A DNA stretch of 59,378 bases from NCBI GenBank assembly GCA_023300125.1, contig JALZVY010000091.1, positions 1 through 59,378 on the forward strand, written 5' to 3'. The notes beneath the pieces are model-generated. The model was not told the origin of the DNA, searched no databases, and saw nothing but the letters and a program-made list of their open reading frames with translations. Position numbers and translations under genes: made by a program. Shown one piece after another: positions 1 to 11,335 of the stretch (the stretch's first letter is position 1; every line of letters starts with the position of its first letter). Origin of the DNA: Phycisphaera sp. GTDB lineage: Bacteria > Planctomycetota > Phycisphaerae > Phycisphaerales > Phycisphaeraceae.

Positions 1-695
1 GCGTTGGTGTAGCCGACAATGCCCACGGTGAAGTGGCCCTTGTTGCGGGCCTCGACCTCGCGGGTTTTGCGTTCTTGCAGGTTGTCGATTTCTTTGCGCA
101 GCAGGCTTTTTTTGCGTTGCACAATGCGGCGGTCGATTTCGAGTTGCTGCTCACCTGGGCCGCGGGTGCCGATGCCCGCCGGGGCGCCGCCGGCGATGCG
201 TTCAAGGTGGGTCCACATGGCCCGCAGGCGCGGGTAGGTGTATTCCAGCTGGGCGACCTCGACCTGCAGCCGGGCCTCGACGGTTTGGGCGCGGGCCGCG
301 AAGATGTCCAGGATCAATTCCGAGCGGTCCAGGATCTTGACCTCGCACACTTTTTCGATGTTGCGGATCTGCGAGGGGCTCAGGTCGTTTTCAAAGATGA
401 CGCACTGGGCGTCGTGCAGCTTCACCAGTTCGGCCAGTTCAACGACCTTGCCCTTGCCGATGAAGCTCTTGACCGAGGGCTTCTGCCTTTTTTGCAGCAT
501 CTCGGCCACAGGCAGGGCCCCGGCGGTCTTGGCCAGCGAGCGCAGCTCGTCCAGCGGGTCGTGGGGGTTGACCTCCATGTCCGGGATCAGGCAGGCCACC
601 AGTACGGCGCGTTCCTGATCGACGGCAAGATGTTCGCGTTGTCCGGTCTCGATGGGGCGGCTCGGGGAAGGGGGCGTGAACCGTGCTGGGTGCAC
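1..695 (-). CDS. hflX: GTPase HflX (runs off the window's left edge; start codon uncertain)
   Basis: Not in the ORF track. My minus-strand translation gives ERAVLV...LDELRSLAKTAG...FIGKGKVVEL...DLSPSQIRNIE...ILDRSELILDIFAARAQTVEARLQVEVAQLEY...GIGTRGPGEQQLEIDRR...VGIVGYTNA, which are HflX hallmarks. In-frame GTG at 695. Confidence 0.93.
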   Translation of the reverse strand, partial: MHPARFTPPSPSRPIETGQREHLAVDQERAVLVACLIPDMEVNPHDPLDELRSLAKTAGALPVAEMLQKRQKPSVKSFIGKGKVVELAELVKLHDAQCVIFENDLSPSQIRNIEKVCEVKILDRSELILDIFAARAQTVEARLQVEVAQLEYTYPRLRAMWTHLERIAGGAPAGIGTRGPGEQQLEIDRRIVQRKKSLLRKEIDNLQERKTREVEARNKGHFTVGIVGYTN

Positions 696-798
696 GGCGG
701 GACGCTGAGTGTAGTTGTCGCGGGGTTTGGGCGGTGGAGGTCGCCAACGGGGTTGAGGATCGCGGATCCGCCCAGCGCCGGCTGACCCGCCCGCCGCG

Positions 799-1256
799 CT
801 AGGGCATGCTAGCGGTTGACCCCCGCCCGCAGGCGCGAGGCAAGCGTGCCACGCCGTTCGACGCGGACGTCATCGAGCCGCGGCGTGGCGCGGCGGTCGA
901 TAGCTCGGTGACGGTGCGCGGCCCGCGGTCGCGGATCTCGTTGAATACCGTGTCCACGAGGGCGCGGCGATTCTTGCGGAACGTGTTCAGCCCGTTGTAA
1001 ATGCCCTTGCCCGCTCGCGGGTGGCGGCCGTCAGCGCTTCGGCGGGGTCGATGCCCCGCCGGCTGATCAGCGTCAGGTGGTGGCGCGGGCCAGTGCATTC
1101 ACCGCGTCGATCTGAAGCACCCCCTAGTCGGCGAACGCAGCGGACGATCCGAGATGCAGGAGACTCGTTTCGCCCCCGACGGGCGTCCAGCAGCCCGGAG
1201 GCGTGGATCGCCAGTCGACGGCACTGGTTGAGCGTCAGGTGCCGGGGCTTAGGCAT
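799..1256 (-). pseudogene. Degraded YcaQ/AlkZ-like winged-helix DNA glycosylase remnant
   Basis: Pieces in different frames: LTLNQCRRLAIHASGL...VRRLG, then a frameshift to VLQIDAVNALARA, then a frameshift to HLTLISRRG, then a jump to ALVDTVFNEIRDRGP. This matches the YcaQ N-terminus (LQIDxVNxxARxH), with frameshifts, an internal deletion and truncation. Confidence 0.7.
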
Positions 1257-1301
1257 ACGGCGGAGGGAGGGCTGGGGAGTGCTTGATGGCGTTCGGGGCG
1301 T

Positions 1302-1676
1302 TCAGAGGTTTTCCGGCCGGTAGTGGCCGCGCGACCAGTCCGGGTCGGGCCAGGTGATGTTCTCAGGCGAGGGCAGAAACCCTTGGTTGGTTTCGAAAAA
1401 CACCCTAAACCCTTGAAAATACTTGCCATAATCAAATATGCCCCGGCAATCCTCGATCTCGTGATTGTCCACCACGGCGTAAATCACCCATTCACCGCCG
1501 TGATATGGCCCGAAACGGGTCTGGTGGATACGGCTATCCGTCGATTGAAGGCGGTCGGCGGCCTCTTGCACGATCGCTTCGCCCTCTCCGCGGTAGACGC
1601 GCCAGCTCTGGTGAGTCTCGAGGCGTTGTGGGTGAGACAGGTTGAGCCAGTCGCGGTAGGAGATCTCAACGCTCAT
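1302..1676 (-). CDS. Hypothetical protein (124 aa)
   Basis: C-terminal part of ORF 1302..2006 from ATG 1676 (MSVEISYRDWL...). Globular, aromatic-rich composition; fills the gap next to rpmB. Confidence 0.5.
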   Translation of the reverse strand: MSVEISYRDWLNLSHPQRLETHQSWRVYRGEGEAIVQEAADRLQSTDSRIHQTRFGPYHGGEWVIYAVVDNHEIEDCRGIFDYGKYFQGFRVFFETNQGFLPSPENITWPDPDWSRGHYRPENL

Positions 1677-1773
1677 GAATACAATTTCCGCATGGAGGTT
1701 GATGGCGAAGGCGTTCCCGACTACCTTACGAGGCTCGCCCCAGCGATCGCCCCTTCGAACAGAAAGCCCCGCT

Positions 1774-2037
1774 ATGCCACGTGTTTGTGAACTGACCGGC
1801 CGCCGGACCTCCACCGGCTTCAAATACACCCTCCGCGGTAAGAAGAAGTACCTCGGTGGTGTGGGTACCAAGATCACCGGCAAGACCAAGCGGACGTTCA
1901 AGCCCAACCTGCAAACGGTTAACGCCTTGCAGGAAAACGGCAGCGTGAAGCGCATCAAAGTGGCCGCCAAGGCCATCCGCAACGGCATGGTGGTCAAGCC
2001 TCTCAAGCGTAAGTACGCCTACAACCCCGACGCGTGA
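1774..2037 (+). CDS. rpmB: 50S ribosomal protein L28
   Basis: MPRVCELTGRRT...GGVGTKITGKTKRTFKPNLQ...VAAKAIR is the typical L28 pattern. Confidence 0.95.
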   Translation: MPRVCELTGRRTSTGFKYTLRGKKKYLGGVGTKITGKTKRTFKPNLQTVNALQENGSVKRIKVAAKAIRNGMVVKPLKRKYAYNPDA

Positions 2038-2213
2038 TCGCGTTGGCCTGGCCATGGGCCGGGCTGACGGGGCATGAGCCGCTTTTTTTGCGGTTTAAAC
2101 GGGTGGCGCACGGACGCGCGGACACCATGGATTGACGTCACGGCCGACGGCCCGCTTTGAGCGGGCCTGTTTGCGTTGGCGTGGGCGATGAATCGGCTGT
2201 AGGAGCCCGGGTG

Positions 2214-4292
2214 ATGGCGTTTGAATCCAATAACGACCGTGACCGCGTGCTGGAAGCCACCGATTTGGTGGATTTGATCGGCAGCGATATCCCGCTTCAG
2301 CCCAAGGGGCGCGACTGGGTGGGCAAGTGCCCGTTTCACGACGACAGCAAGCCGTCGATGCGGGTGGTGCCTGAAAAGCAGATCTACTGGTGTTTTCCTT
2401 GCGGGACCGGGGGATCGGCTTTCGATTGGATGATGAACTTCCACAAGATGGATTTCATTGAGGCGCTCAAGGCCTTGGCCCAGCGTGCGGGGATCGAGCT
2501 CACACCGTTTAAGCCCGCGGGCGGCGGTGGGGCGGCGCAAGACCCGGAAAAACCAAGCGAACGCAAGCGCATCGCCGACGTGAACGGCAAGACCCATGCT
2601 TTTTTCCGCATGCTGCTGGGGCACCCAACCCACGGGGCCCAGGCCCGGGCCTATCTGGACCGCCGCGGGGTGACCGCGGAGATGATCGAGGCCTTTGAGC
2701 TGGGCTACGCGCCCGAAGGCTGGGACGGGCTGGTGAAAACCATCGACGCCAAGGGCTGGAACAAGGCCGATTTTGAGCTGGCTCAGGTGATCAAGGCCCG
2801 TAAGCAGGGCGGCGGGCACTTTGATTTTCTGCGTCACCGGCTGGTGTTCCCCATTTTGGACGCGCTGGGCAGGCCCATTGCTTTTGGTGGCCGGGTGTTA
2901 AGCGACGAGGATGATCCGAAGTACCTCAACTCGCCTGAAACGCCGCTGTTCAACAAGTCGGCCACGCTGTACGGGCTGCACGCGGCTAAAAAGCCCATTA
3001 TTGACTCCAAAACCGCGGTGATCGTCGAGGGTTACACCGACGTGATCGCCTGCCACCAGGCCGGGGCGACCAACGTGGTGGCGGCTTTGGGCACGGCCCT
3101 GACCGGCGAGCACGTGCGGGCGCTGCGGCGGTACTGCGAGCACGTGGTGCTGGTGATGGACGGCGATGCCGCGGGCCAAAAGGCCGCGGATCGGGCGGTC
3201 GAGGTTTTTTTAACCGGCGATCTGGACGTTTCGATGGCGGTGCTGCCCGGGGGCAAAGACCCTGACGAACTGCTGGCCGAGCAGGGCCTGGAGGCCTGGA
3301 ACGTGGTGATTTCCGAGGCGGCGGACGCCCTGGAGTTCGCCCACCGCCGTACGGCGGCCAAAATGGATGCTCAGGACACCCTGACGGGGCGTCAGCGGGT
3401 GGCCGAGGCGTTTTTGAATCAGGTGGTGGATCTGGGACTGGCCCGGACCGGGCGGCTGCGGCGATCGCTGGTGGTGGGGCGGCTGGCCGAGTTGTTGAAG
3501 GTCAGCGAAGACGAGGTGGATGCGATTCTGCGTGAACGTAGTCCACGTTCTTCTCGGAAGGTGGTTCATTCGCCGGCCCCTGAGGAGCCTCCTACCGATT
3601 ATGGAACCCCTTGGGGGCCCGATAGCGAACCCATTGACAGTGGTGATAATGAAGAAAATTATGTTCATTCCGACATTGCAGGTTCAGTTTCCGGGTCTAA
3701 ACTGAAGAAGGAACGGATCGCCGAACGGCGGTTCATCGCCGGGTTGGTGCGCTACAACGGCTTGTTTGCGACGACCCTGGACGATGGCCGCGGCCTTGAT
3801 GAGGCCCTTGCGCCGGGCGACTTTGTAGATACCGACCTTGGCCGCCTTTACCAGCGCGTGTACGACGCGCTGGCAGAGGGCGGCGGCTTGACCCCCGCCG
3901 GCATGCTGACGGATTTGGCCGCCGAGGGAGAGATGCGTCTGTCGGCCGTGTTGGCTCAGGCGGTTCTTGAACTGCCCGACTCTCAGACCACGCCTGTTGC
4001 ATCGTCTGAAACCCCTGCCTCGAACACCCCGCCTGAACCCTCCGCTGTACTCCCGCCCGCAGACCTTCCACCCGCAGACCTAGATGAAATTTGGAACGTC
4101 GCGCTGCAAGCCATTGTGCTTCGTCGACGCGAGAAACAATATGAAGAAGACCGCCGAGCCCTAAACGCTGGAACCTCGCAAGAAGCGGGGGCCGCAGGAG
4201 CCGAGATCGACCCGGTCCGCCTGGCCCAACAATTGGCCGAGCACCGACGCAACAACCCCTCGCCCGCCCGCATGCCTCGCCCCCGCCGTTAG
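2214..4292 (+). CDS. dnaG: DNA primase
   Basis: CHC2 zinc finger (CPFHDD...CFPC), [25 protein letters not shown] and DGDAAG; AGGAG RBS at 2201. Confidence 0.97.
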   Translation: MAFESNNDRDRVLEATDLVDLIGSDIPLQPKGRDWVGKCPFHDDSKPSMRVVPEKQIYWCFPCGTGGSAFDWMMNFHKMDFIEALKALAQRAGIELTPFKPAGGGGAAQDPEKPSERKRIADVNGKTHAFFRMLLGHPTHGAQARAYLDRRGVTAEMIEAFELGYAPEGWDGLVKTIDAKGWNKADFELAQVIKARKQGGGHFDFLRHRLVFPILDALGRPIAFGGRVLSDEDDPKYLNSPETPLFNKSATLYGLHAAKKPIIDSKTAVIVEGYTDVIACHQAGATNVVAALGTALTGEHVRALRRYCEHVVLVMDGDAAGQKAADRAVEVFLTGDLDVSMAVLPGGKDPDELLAEQGLEAWNVVISEAADALEFAHRRTAAKMDAQDTLTGRQRVAEAFLNQVVDLGLARTGRLRRSLVVGRLAELLKVSEDEVDAILRERSPRSSRKVVHSPAPEEPPTDYGTPWGPDSEPIDSGDNEENYVHSDIAGSVSGSKLKKERIAERRFIAGLVRYNGLFATTLDDGRGLDEALAPGDFVDTDLGRLYQRVYDALAEGGGLTPAGMLTDLAAEGEMRLSAVLAQAVLELPDSQTTPVASSETPASNTPPEPSAVLPPADLPPADLDEIWNVALQAIVLRRREKQYEEDRRALNAGTSQEAGAAGAEIDPVRLAQQLAEHRRNNPSPARMPRPRR

Positions 4293-4390
4293 ACCGCAGC
4301 CGCTTCATCCGCCGCTGCCACCCCGCGGGACCTTTAAAGGGTCCCCATCCCCACCCGCACTTTGCCCGAAACACGGAGCCGACCGTTTTG

Positions 4391-6181
4391 ATGCTTGACC
4401 CGATCCATCCCGCCGTGATTGAACTAATTGAATCCGGTAAACGCCACGGCATCATCAGCATTGACCAGCTGATCGCGCTGCTGCCCGACGGCTACGTCGA
4501 TCCCTTCAAGCTTGACGAGATGCTGGTGCATTTCGCGGGCTTGGACATCACCTTGGTAGACCCCAAGCACATCCCCGCGCCCGCCCGGCCCAAGAACCGC
4601 GTGGCCGCGGGCACGGCCATCGGCAAGGTGGTGGACCCGATCGCGAAGATCAAGCCCACCGCCGCGGCCAAGGCCGAGGAAGAAGAAGCCAGCAAGACCG
4701 AGGAGGAAGTCGAAGCCGCCGACCTGCTGACCAAAGAGCAGGCCAAGGCCGAGATCGCCAAGGCGCTCAACGAATCGGGTCACAAGCGGATCGACGACCC
4801 GGTGCGTATGTATCTCACTCAGATGGGTGAGATCAGCCTGCTGACCCGTGACGAAGAGATCCGCCTGGCCAAGAAGATCGAGACCTGCCGGTATCTCTTC
4901 CGCCGCCTGGTGCTGCAGAACGACTACTCGATCAAGACCTGCGTGGAAACGCTGGAAATGGTGCACGAAGGCGATCTGCCTTTTGACCGCACGATGAAGA
5001 TCAGCACCGCCGAAGAAGACGCGAAGCAGAAAATCGCGGCCCGGATCCCCAACAACCTCAAGACCATCAAGCGGCTGCTGGATCTCAACCGCACTGAATG
5101 GGAGACGTTGGAAGAAACGGCGCGGCCCAGCAAGGCCGAGGCTGAGCGTGTGGCCGAGGTCATGAAAGTGCGTCGCCGCAAGATGACCACCCTGGTCGAA
5201 GAGCTGAGCCTGCGCACCAGCAAGGTGCAGCCCATGCTCAAAAAGCTGCGTTCGATCGTGAAGAAGATGCAGGACCTGCAGAAGAACCTGGCCAAGGCCA
5301 AGGACTTCCCCGATCGTTACGACCCCGAAGACGTCATGGTCATGGGTGAAGAGCTTGCGGGCCTGCGAAGCCTGGTGCTGGCCGAACCCGAAGAACTCAA
5401 GCAGATGGTGGCCAATGTGACCACGATCTTCGACGAGTACGAGGAGGCCAAGCGCGACCTGAGCGGCGGCAACCTGCGGCTGGTGGTGTCGATCGCGAAG
5501 AAGTACCGCAACCGCGGGTTGAGCTTCTTGGACATCATTCAGGAAGGCAACACCGGGCTCATGCGTGCGGTGGACAAGTACGAGTACAAGCGTGGCTATA
5601 AGTTCAGTACCTACGCCACCTGGTGGATCCGCCAGGCCATCACGCGGGCGATCGCGGACCACGCGCGGACCATCCGTATCCCGGTCCACATGATCGAGAC
5701 GATGAGCAAGCTGCGCAACATCGCCAAGAACTTGCTGCAGGACCTGGGCCGCGAGCCGACCATCGAGGAAATCGCCGAAGCCGCGAGCATGCCCGTGGTC
5801 GAGGCCCGGCGGGTGATGAAGATCAGCCGGCACCCCATTAGCTTGGACCGCCCGGTGGGCGAGAGCGAAGACTCGTACTTCGGTGACTTCATCGAAGACC
5901 AGAGCGCCGCCAACCCCGCCAGCGCCGCGACCAGCGACATGCTGCGTCAGCGCATCGAGCAGGTGCTCAAGACGCTGACCTACCGCGAACGCGAGATCAT
6001 CAAGCTGCGGTACGGCATCGGCGACGGCTACACCTACACGCTTGAAGAAGTGGGGCGGATCTTCAAGGTCACCCGCGAGCGCGTGCGGCAGGTTGAGGCC
6101 AAGGCCATCCGCAAGCTGCAGCACCCGGTGCGCAGCCGCAAATTGGTGGGCTTCGTCGACGGCGAAGACATGCTGGAGTAG
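4391..6181 (+). CDS. rpoD: RNA polymerase primary sigma factor
   Basis: [55 protein letters not shown]; directly follows dnaG. Confidence 0.97.
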   Translation: MLDPIHPAVIELIESGKRHGIISIDQLIALLPDGYVDPFKLDEMLVHFAGLDITLVDPKHIPAPARPKNRVAAGTAIGKVVDPIAKIKPTAAAKAEEEEASKTEEEVEAADLLTKEQAKAEIAKALNESGHKRIDDPVRMYLTQMGEISLLTRDEEIRLAKKIETCRYLFRRLVLQNDYSIKTCVETLEMVHEGDLPFDRTMKISTAEEDAKQKIAARIPNNLKTIKRLLDLNRTEWETLEETARPSKAEAERVAEVMKVRRRKMTTLVEELSLRTSKVQPMLKKLRSIVKKMQDLQKNLAKAKDFPDRYDPEDVMVMGEELAGLRSLVLAEPEELKQMVANVTTIFDEYEEAKRDLSGGNLRLVVSIAKKYRNRGLSFLDIIQEGNTGLMRAVDKYEYKRGYKFSTYATWWIRQAITRAIADHARTIRIPVHMIETMSKLRNIAKNLLQDLGREPTIEEIAEAASMPVVEARRVMKISRHPISLDRPVGESEDSYFGDFIEDQSAANPASAATSDMLRQRIEQVLKTLTYREREIIKLRYGIGDGYTYTLEEVGRIFKVTRERVRQVEAKAIRKLQHPVRSRKLVGFVDGEDMLE

Positions 6182-6215
6182 CGGGTCGTGCAGGCTTCGT
6201 GAAACACAGACAAAC

Positions 6216-6260
6216 AAACGAAAACGGCCCCGGGCAGAACGCCCGGGGCCGTTTTCGTTT
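6216..6260. terminator. Bidirectional intrinsic terminator
   Basis: aaacgaaaacggccccgggc-agaac-gcccggggccgttttcgttt, a perfect hairpin between convergent genes. Confidence 0.85.
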
Positions 6261-6310
6261 GAGGGGTCGGTTGTCCCAGCCCCGCCGTGGCGGCGGGGGG
6301 CACGAGGTGC

Positions 6311-7243
6311 TTATGCCGCGCGGCGGCTGGAGTCGGCCTCGTCGCCCGCGCTGGCAGGCTGGCCGATGGCGGCAAGCACCTTGTTGCGGTAATCGTCACG
6401 GCTGAGCCACCACGGACGACGGAGCAGCTGCTGCCACAGGGCCCGGCGGTCTGCGTCGTCGCGCGATTCGCGGTCGGCCGCGGCGTAGATGCGGCGGCGT
6501 TCATCGCAGTTACGCCACAGCACGTAACGCTGGGCGGGGGGCAGCTGGCTGGCGTGACGCTCGGCGGCGTCCACGAATTCGCGGCCGCAGGCGACGCCTT
6601 GCACGGCGGTGAGGCTTTCTTCGTGGTCGCGCACGGCCGCGATGCGGGCGGGGATAATCGTGGGCGTTTCGCCGGCGGCTTGCAGGCGGCAGTGCATTTC
6701 AAAGCGGTAGCCCAGACGCAGCTGGCTGTCGAAGCCGCCGGCGGTTTTCAGCAGCGAGGCTTTGTAGAACGTGGCGGACCCGCAGGCGGGCGCTTCGTCG
6801 CGCAGCAGCTGCCGGGCGAGGCTCTGGGGGGCGTCGGCCCGCAGTTCGCCCAGCACGTGGTCGTCGGCGTCGATGCGGTGGGCGTGGCCGATGCCCCAGT
6901 TGGCCTGGCCCATGGTCTTGGCCACGTCGTGCAGGGCGCAAGGCAGGTAGATGTCGTCGGCGTCGAGGATACCGATCACTTCGCCCGTGGCCCAACTGAT
7001 CGCGGTGTTGATGGCTTCGGCCGGACCCGAGTCCCAGGTGCTCTGCCAGTGGGCTAGGTCGTCTTCGTAGGTCGTGATGATCTGGAGGCTGTTGTCGGTG
7101 GACCCGCCGTCCATGACAATGAGTTCGAGGTTGTCATAACCCTGGTCGAGCACCGAGCAGATGGCCCGCTCGAGGTAGGGCCCCTGGTTCAGGTTGGGGA
7201 TGATGATGGTGAGACGCGGGGCGGTGGGGCGAGGCGTGGACAT
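6311..7243 (-). CDS. Glycosyltransferase family 2
   Basis: TIIIPNLNQGPYLERAICSVLDQGY..LELIVMDGGSTD...ILDADD (GT2 DxD). Confidence 0.9.
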   Translation of the reverse strand: MSTPRPTAPRLTIIIPNLNQGPYLERAICSVLDQGYDNLELIVMDGGSTDNSLQIITTYEDDLAHWQSTWDSGPAEAINTAISWATGEVIGILDADDIYLPCALHDVAKTMGQANWGIGHAHRIDADDHVLGELRADAPQSLARQLLRDEAPACGSATFYKASLLKTAGGFDSQLRLGYRFEMHCRLQAAGETPTIIPARIAAVRDHEESLTAVQGVACGREFVDAAERHASQLPPAQRYVLWRNCDERRRIYAAADRESRDDADRRALWQQLLRRPWWLSRDDYRNKVLAAIGQPASAGDEADSSRRAA

Positions 7244-7464
7244 CGACGGTGACCTAAACACAAGAGGGAAGAACGGGCGTGGACGGCATGACCGTCACAG
7301 ACGGTGCGAACCAACCCTCGCGGTATCGACCGCTGAGTCCGGCGGCTTGACCCCCGGTGCTGTGGGGGTTCCCGGACGCAGCACGCGGGGACGGCCCCGC
7401 GCTGCGCGGGAACCGATAACCGTGGTCTTCCATTGTGTGTGAACGATGTTTTTGGCGAATCGCG

Positions 7465-9309
7465 TCAGATCAACCGGCCCGGCCCTGGAGGCGAGCCATT
7501 CATCTCGGACGTGCCACCGCGGAGCATGGGGTGGATGGCCTGTTGCCCGGTGCCCGTGGGGGGGGCGGGAATCGGAGCCGGCGGAGCCAGCGTTGAATCT
7601 TTAGCACCCCCCAGGGGCTTGATCGGTGCCAGCGGTCCGCCGGGGCCCGGGGCGGAACTGATGCGTTGAAAGAGCAAAGCTTGGGAGCGCTGCGATTTCT
7701 TCTCGCGACGCGACATGCGGATGCGTTGCGGGCTGAGCATGCCGCCGATGATCAACATTTGCAGGGCAAAGGCTGGAAGGCGGTCGGATTCGCTGGGTGC
7801 GGTGATGCAGCCGGCGGTGATCGTCAGGCCCAGTGCCGCCAGCAGCATGACTTGATGGATGCGGTGGCGAAGCAGCATGGCGACGGCACCGAACACGGCG
7901 CCGCCCAGCAGTAAAAAGTTTGCCATCACCCAGCCCGATGCGATTTGGGCGGCGCCCGGTGTTTCGGAAGCCGGTGGGGCATCCGTATCGGGCGTTGTTT
8001 CGCCCAGCCACATCGAGGTGCGTCCGCTGGGGGTGTAATTGAGTTTCAGCCGGTTGAAGGCGGCTTGGCCCGAGTGCCCCACCAGCGTGCGCAAGGCGCG
8101 GTCGCCGCTCAACCGCAGGTAGGCATTGGTTTGTTTGCGCAGCACCTGCTTCGTTTCGCTGCCCATGTGGTCAAAGAGGGTGATTGCCTCAGAATCCGTT
8201 CCGAATGCGGCGGTTTTGGGCAGGCGTTCGAGCAGCGCCGTGTCGCGGTTCTTTGAATGGGTCGTCGGTGCTTCGAGGTCGCCCAGCACGCCCAGGTATC
8301 GTTCGACCGTCGGGGCCTGGGTGAGTGTGGTGCCCATGTTCACGCTGGTGTTGCGATACACCCACAGCGCCGGGGGGGCTACGGCTCCCAGTGTCATGGC
8401 TCCGGCAACGGCCAGCGATTGCAGCCGGCGTCCACTGAGCATCAGCCACAGGGCCACGAGTGGTGTGGCCCACAGCAGCAAGGGGTTGAAGAGTGAGGAC
8501 ACGCCCAGCGAGAGACCACCGGCCGAAGCGAGCAAGGGGTGAGAGTCTTCGCGTTCGGACAACGCCCAGAGGCCCAGCATCAGCAGGGCAACGGCGATTA
8601 CCCCGCCGCTCAGCGCTGAAGGCGCGATGATCAGCGCCGGGTGCAAAGCAGTCAAGCCCGCGACCAAGAGTGCCGGGGCTTTGCGGCCCAAAAATTGTAG
8701 CCCCACGCAGTACGCCACCAGGGTTGTGCCCACGGCAATCAGGCACTGCAATAAAAGCAGCAGACGTAGGTCCAGCCCGGTTTTGATGAAGGCCGCCAGC
8801 ACCGCGGGGTATCCCGGGGCGTGGTAGGCGTCGGGGTATAGGTTGGATCCATCGAGCGGGCGGCGTTCGCCACGCTCGGACCGAAAGGCTTCGATCGTGG
8901 CGTAGCGGCTGCCTTCGGGGTAGGCGGTTACGCCATAGCGGAAATCGTCGGCCAGATTTTGAGCCAGCTGCATCTCGATCGGTGTGGCGGGCGTATAAGA
9001 CGCCTGCACGTCGGTCGCGGGTCCCATGCCCAGCACGATGAGTCGCAGAAACAGTGCCACCGCGGCCACGATGCCGACGTAGAGTGCGAAAGATTCGTCT
9101 TCTTGGGTTGGTATCTGCTCGACCGAGCGTGGTGCCGGGGCCGATGAACGCGGGGAGGTCTTGTCGCCGCCGTGCCACACCACGCCCGGAACGCCTTGGG
9201 CCAAGTCAGGCTGCGGTTCAGGGTCAGAGAAAAGCCTCTTCAAAGCGTCACACCTCCAGCAACCAGCGGTCCAGACCACAGCGGTCCAGGTCTTGCCGGT
9301 GTTGTTCAT
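7465..9309 (-). CDS. Polytopic membrane protein, GT-C (ArnT/PMT-like) glycosyltransferase-like
   Basis: Many TM helices; AYHAPGYPAVLA motif; PALWVYRN segment. Confidence 0.6.
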   Translation of the reverse strand: MNNTGKTWTAVVWTAGCWRCDALKRLFSDPEPQPDLAQGVPGVVWHGGDKTSPRSSAPAPRSVEQIPTQEDESFALYVGIVAAVALFLRLIVLGMGPATDVQASYTPATPIEMQLAQNLADDFRYGVTAYPEGSRYATIEAFRSERGERRPLDGSNLYPDAYHAPGYPAVLAAFIKTGLDLRLLLLLQCLIAVGTTLVAYCVGLQFLGRKAPALLVAGLTALHPALIIAPSALSGGVIAVALLMLGLWALSEREDSHPLLASAGGLSLGVSSLFNPLLLWATPLVALWLMLSGRRLQSLAVAGAMTLGAVAPPALWVYRNTSVNMGTTLTQAPTVERYLGVLGDLEAPTTHSKNRDTALLERLPKTAAFGTDSEAITLFDHMGSETKQVLRKQTNAYLRLSGDRALRTLVGHSGQAAFNRLKLNYTPSGRTSMWLGETTPDTDAPPASETPGAAQIASGWVMANFLLLGGAVFGAVAMLLRHRIHQVMLLAALGLTITAGCITAPSESDRLPAFALQMLIIGGMLSPQRIRMSRREKKSQRSQALLFQRISSAPGPGGPLAPIKPLGGAKDSTLAPPAPIPAPPTGTGQQAIHPMLRGGTSEMNGSPPGPGRLI

Positions 9310-9503
9310 CGCGCATCGGCTGGATCGTTCTTGGGCTTAAGAACTGGGCGTGTGAGCTCTGTATCGCGGTTTGGGTCGTCCGAGAATACGCTGGCCCCCT
9401 TGGATTGAGCCAGGCCGGTGGGCCGTGCGGTTGAAAATAGAGGCGGGAGCGGCAAAGCGCGGCTACGCTCGATGCAGGATCCATCGGCTACGGGTGTCTA
9501 ACC

Positions 9504-11165
9504 ATGAAAATTCAAGACCGACGCGAACCGACTGGGGGGCACGCCGTCATCCTCGTGGTGATGGTCACGGCCTTGGGCTTGGCGCTTCGGCTGCTGGGCT
9601 TGGGCGACGGGGGGCTGGGCTATTACGAGTTGATTCAGGCCCGATTGGCGACCGAAGACATCGGTGGTCTTTGGCAGCAGTTCACCGTGGGGCGGCCGCC
9701 TTTGTATCCGGCCTTGATGTGGTGCTGGACCCAGGTCTTTGGGGGTTCGTTGCTGGCCCTGCGGCTGCCTTCGGCGATCTTCAGCGCCGCGGCGGTTCCG
9801 ATGGTCTTTCTGGCCGGCCAGCGGCTGTTTGACGGGCGTGTGGGCATCTTGGCGGCGGTGCTGATGGCGATTGCGCCGTTCCAGATCGAGTTCGCTCAGC
9901 TGCATCGCTATTACGCACTGATGGTCTTGCTGGGGGTCACCAGTGTGTGGATGCTGCTGCGTGCCCTGGGCGTGGGCGAGGGCGGCGACGCGGGGGGGCG
10001 GCCGCGCGATTGGGTGGGCTATGTGGTGGTGTCCACGCTGCTTTTTTACACCCAGCCCATGGCGCTGTTCACCCTTGTGGCGGTGGCGGCAGTGATGGGG
10101 GTCATGACCGTGCGTGGGGGCTTGCGGTACCGGCAGAAAGCGCGGTTTTGGGGCGGCCAGATCGCCATTGTGGCTTTGGCGGTGCCTTGGCTGGTCTTGC
10201 CGGTGGTGGAAGTGGTGCGCAACGCGCCGCCGGCCACCGCCGTGGGCGGAGACCGCGTGCCCTGGCTGGTTTCCCCGCCGTGGTACGCGCTGCTGCGTGG
10301 GCCGTTTAACTTTTTGGTGCTGGGGGTGCAGCATGTGGGGCCCGGGGCCATAGCGCTCGCGTCGGGACTGGTGGCCGTTGGGGCCCTGGGCACGGTGCTG
10401 CGCGGCGGGCCGCTGCGCCACGGCCATGGCGGGTTTGCGGGGTTGTGGGGCCTGCGTCGGTGGGTGGGTGATCTGCGTCGACACGTGGTCGCGGGGTGGT
10501 GGGAACGCGAACGATCGTGGGGCCTGCTGGCGGGCTGGGCCTTGGGGCCTTTGGTTCTAGGCTTGTTGGTGTCTTGGAGCATGAAGCCGGTCTACCGCGA
10601 CCACTACTTCATGCCCGCGGCCCCGGGGCTTTACGTCGCCGTGGCTGCGTTGCTGGTGGTGTCGCGCAAAGCAGTCCCGCTGCGGTCCAGCTTCGTGGCG
10701 TTGGTGGTGATCATGGGCAGCGCCGCCGCCAGCTTTTACCGCCAGACCGATCGCGCGGCTTGGCCCGAGGCCGCGGCGTGGATGGACGCCCGGCTGGAGG
10801 CCGGTGACGTGATCGACTTCGCTTCTGAGCGGGGGCTGAGCACCGAGGCGGGGCATCTTCGAGACAATTGGGCGTGGTACGCAGCCCACACTTCCGCCGC
10901 GGGCCGGATTTTCCCGAGCCCGCTCAACGCAGACCCCGTGACCCTAGGGGAATCGCTTAGCCTTCGCTGCGGGGACGCGTCGGGGCTGTGGGTGGTCGTG
11001 CGGCGTGAAGAAACCCATAAAAACCCCTGGTTTACGGCGTTTATGGAGTCTAGAGAGGGTCCTGTGGCGGTGGCCGACCACGAGGTCTTCGGTGATCTGG
11101 TTGTTCTGCGTGTGAGGCCAACCGATCCAGACGTCGACCAAGACTTCGAGCAGGGCGAATTTTAA
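9504..11165 (+). CDS. GT39/PMT_2-like membrane glycosyltransferase
   Basis: LALRLLGLG..GLGYYE, RPPLYPALM, LRLPSAIFS, PFQIEFAQ..RYYAL; multiple TM helices plus a periplasmic C-terminal domain. Confidence 0.8.
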   Translation: MKIQDRREPTGGHAVILVVMVTALGLALRLLGLGDGGLGYYELIQARLATEDIGGLWQQFTVGRPPLYPALMWCWTQVFGGSLLALRLPSAIFSAAAVPMVFLAGQRLFDGRVGILAAVLMAIAPFQIEFAQLHRYYALMVLLGVTSVWMLLRALGVGEGGDAGGRPRDWVGYVVVSTLLFYTQPMALFTLVAVAAVMGVMTVRGGLRYRQKARFWGGQIAIVALAVPWLVLPVVEVVRNAPPATAVGGDRVPWLVSPPWYALLRGPFNFLVLGVQHVGPGAIALASGLVAVGALGTVLRGGPLRHGHGGFAGLWGLRRWVGDLRRHVVAGWWERERSWGLLAGWALGPLVLGLLVSWSMKPVYRDHYFMPAAPGLYVAVAALLVVSRKAVPLRSSFVALVVIMGSAAASFYRQTDRAAWPEAAAWMDARLEAGDVIDFASERGLSTEAGHLRDNWAWYAAHTSAAGRIFPSPLNADPVTLGESLSLRCGDASGLWVVVRREETHKNPWFTAFMESREGPVAVADHEVFGDLVVLRVRPTDPDVDQDFEQGEF

Positions 11166-11335
11166 TTGCCCTGAACGCGTCTGGGGCTACCTTTCAATAC
11201 ATGGGGCGGTGTCCATCAAGGTGGACACGCCTGTGACGACAGCCTCGGATGATTTTTTTTCGCTCGGGTTACCTCGGCGGTGACACCGCAGAGACCATTT
11301 CTTAGTGCACACGCCGATTTTTTGAGAGACCGCAA

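Noticed and set aside
4424-6217. Long antisense ORFs (e.g. 33..785, 4424..6217, 14161..15480, 19572..21734, 56431..57765)
   Set aside because: Shadow frames of high-GC genes with clear family motifs on the opposite strand.
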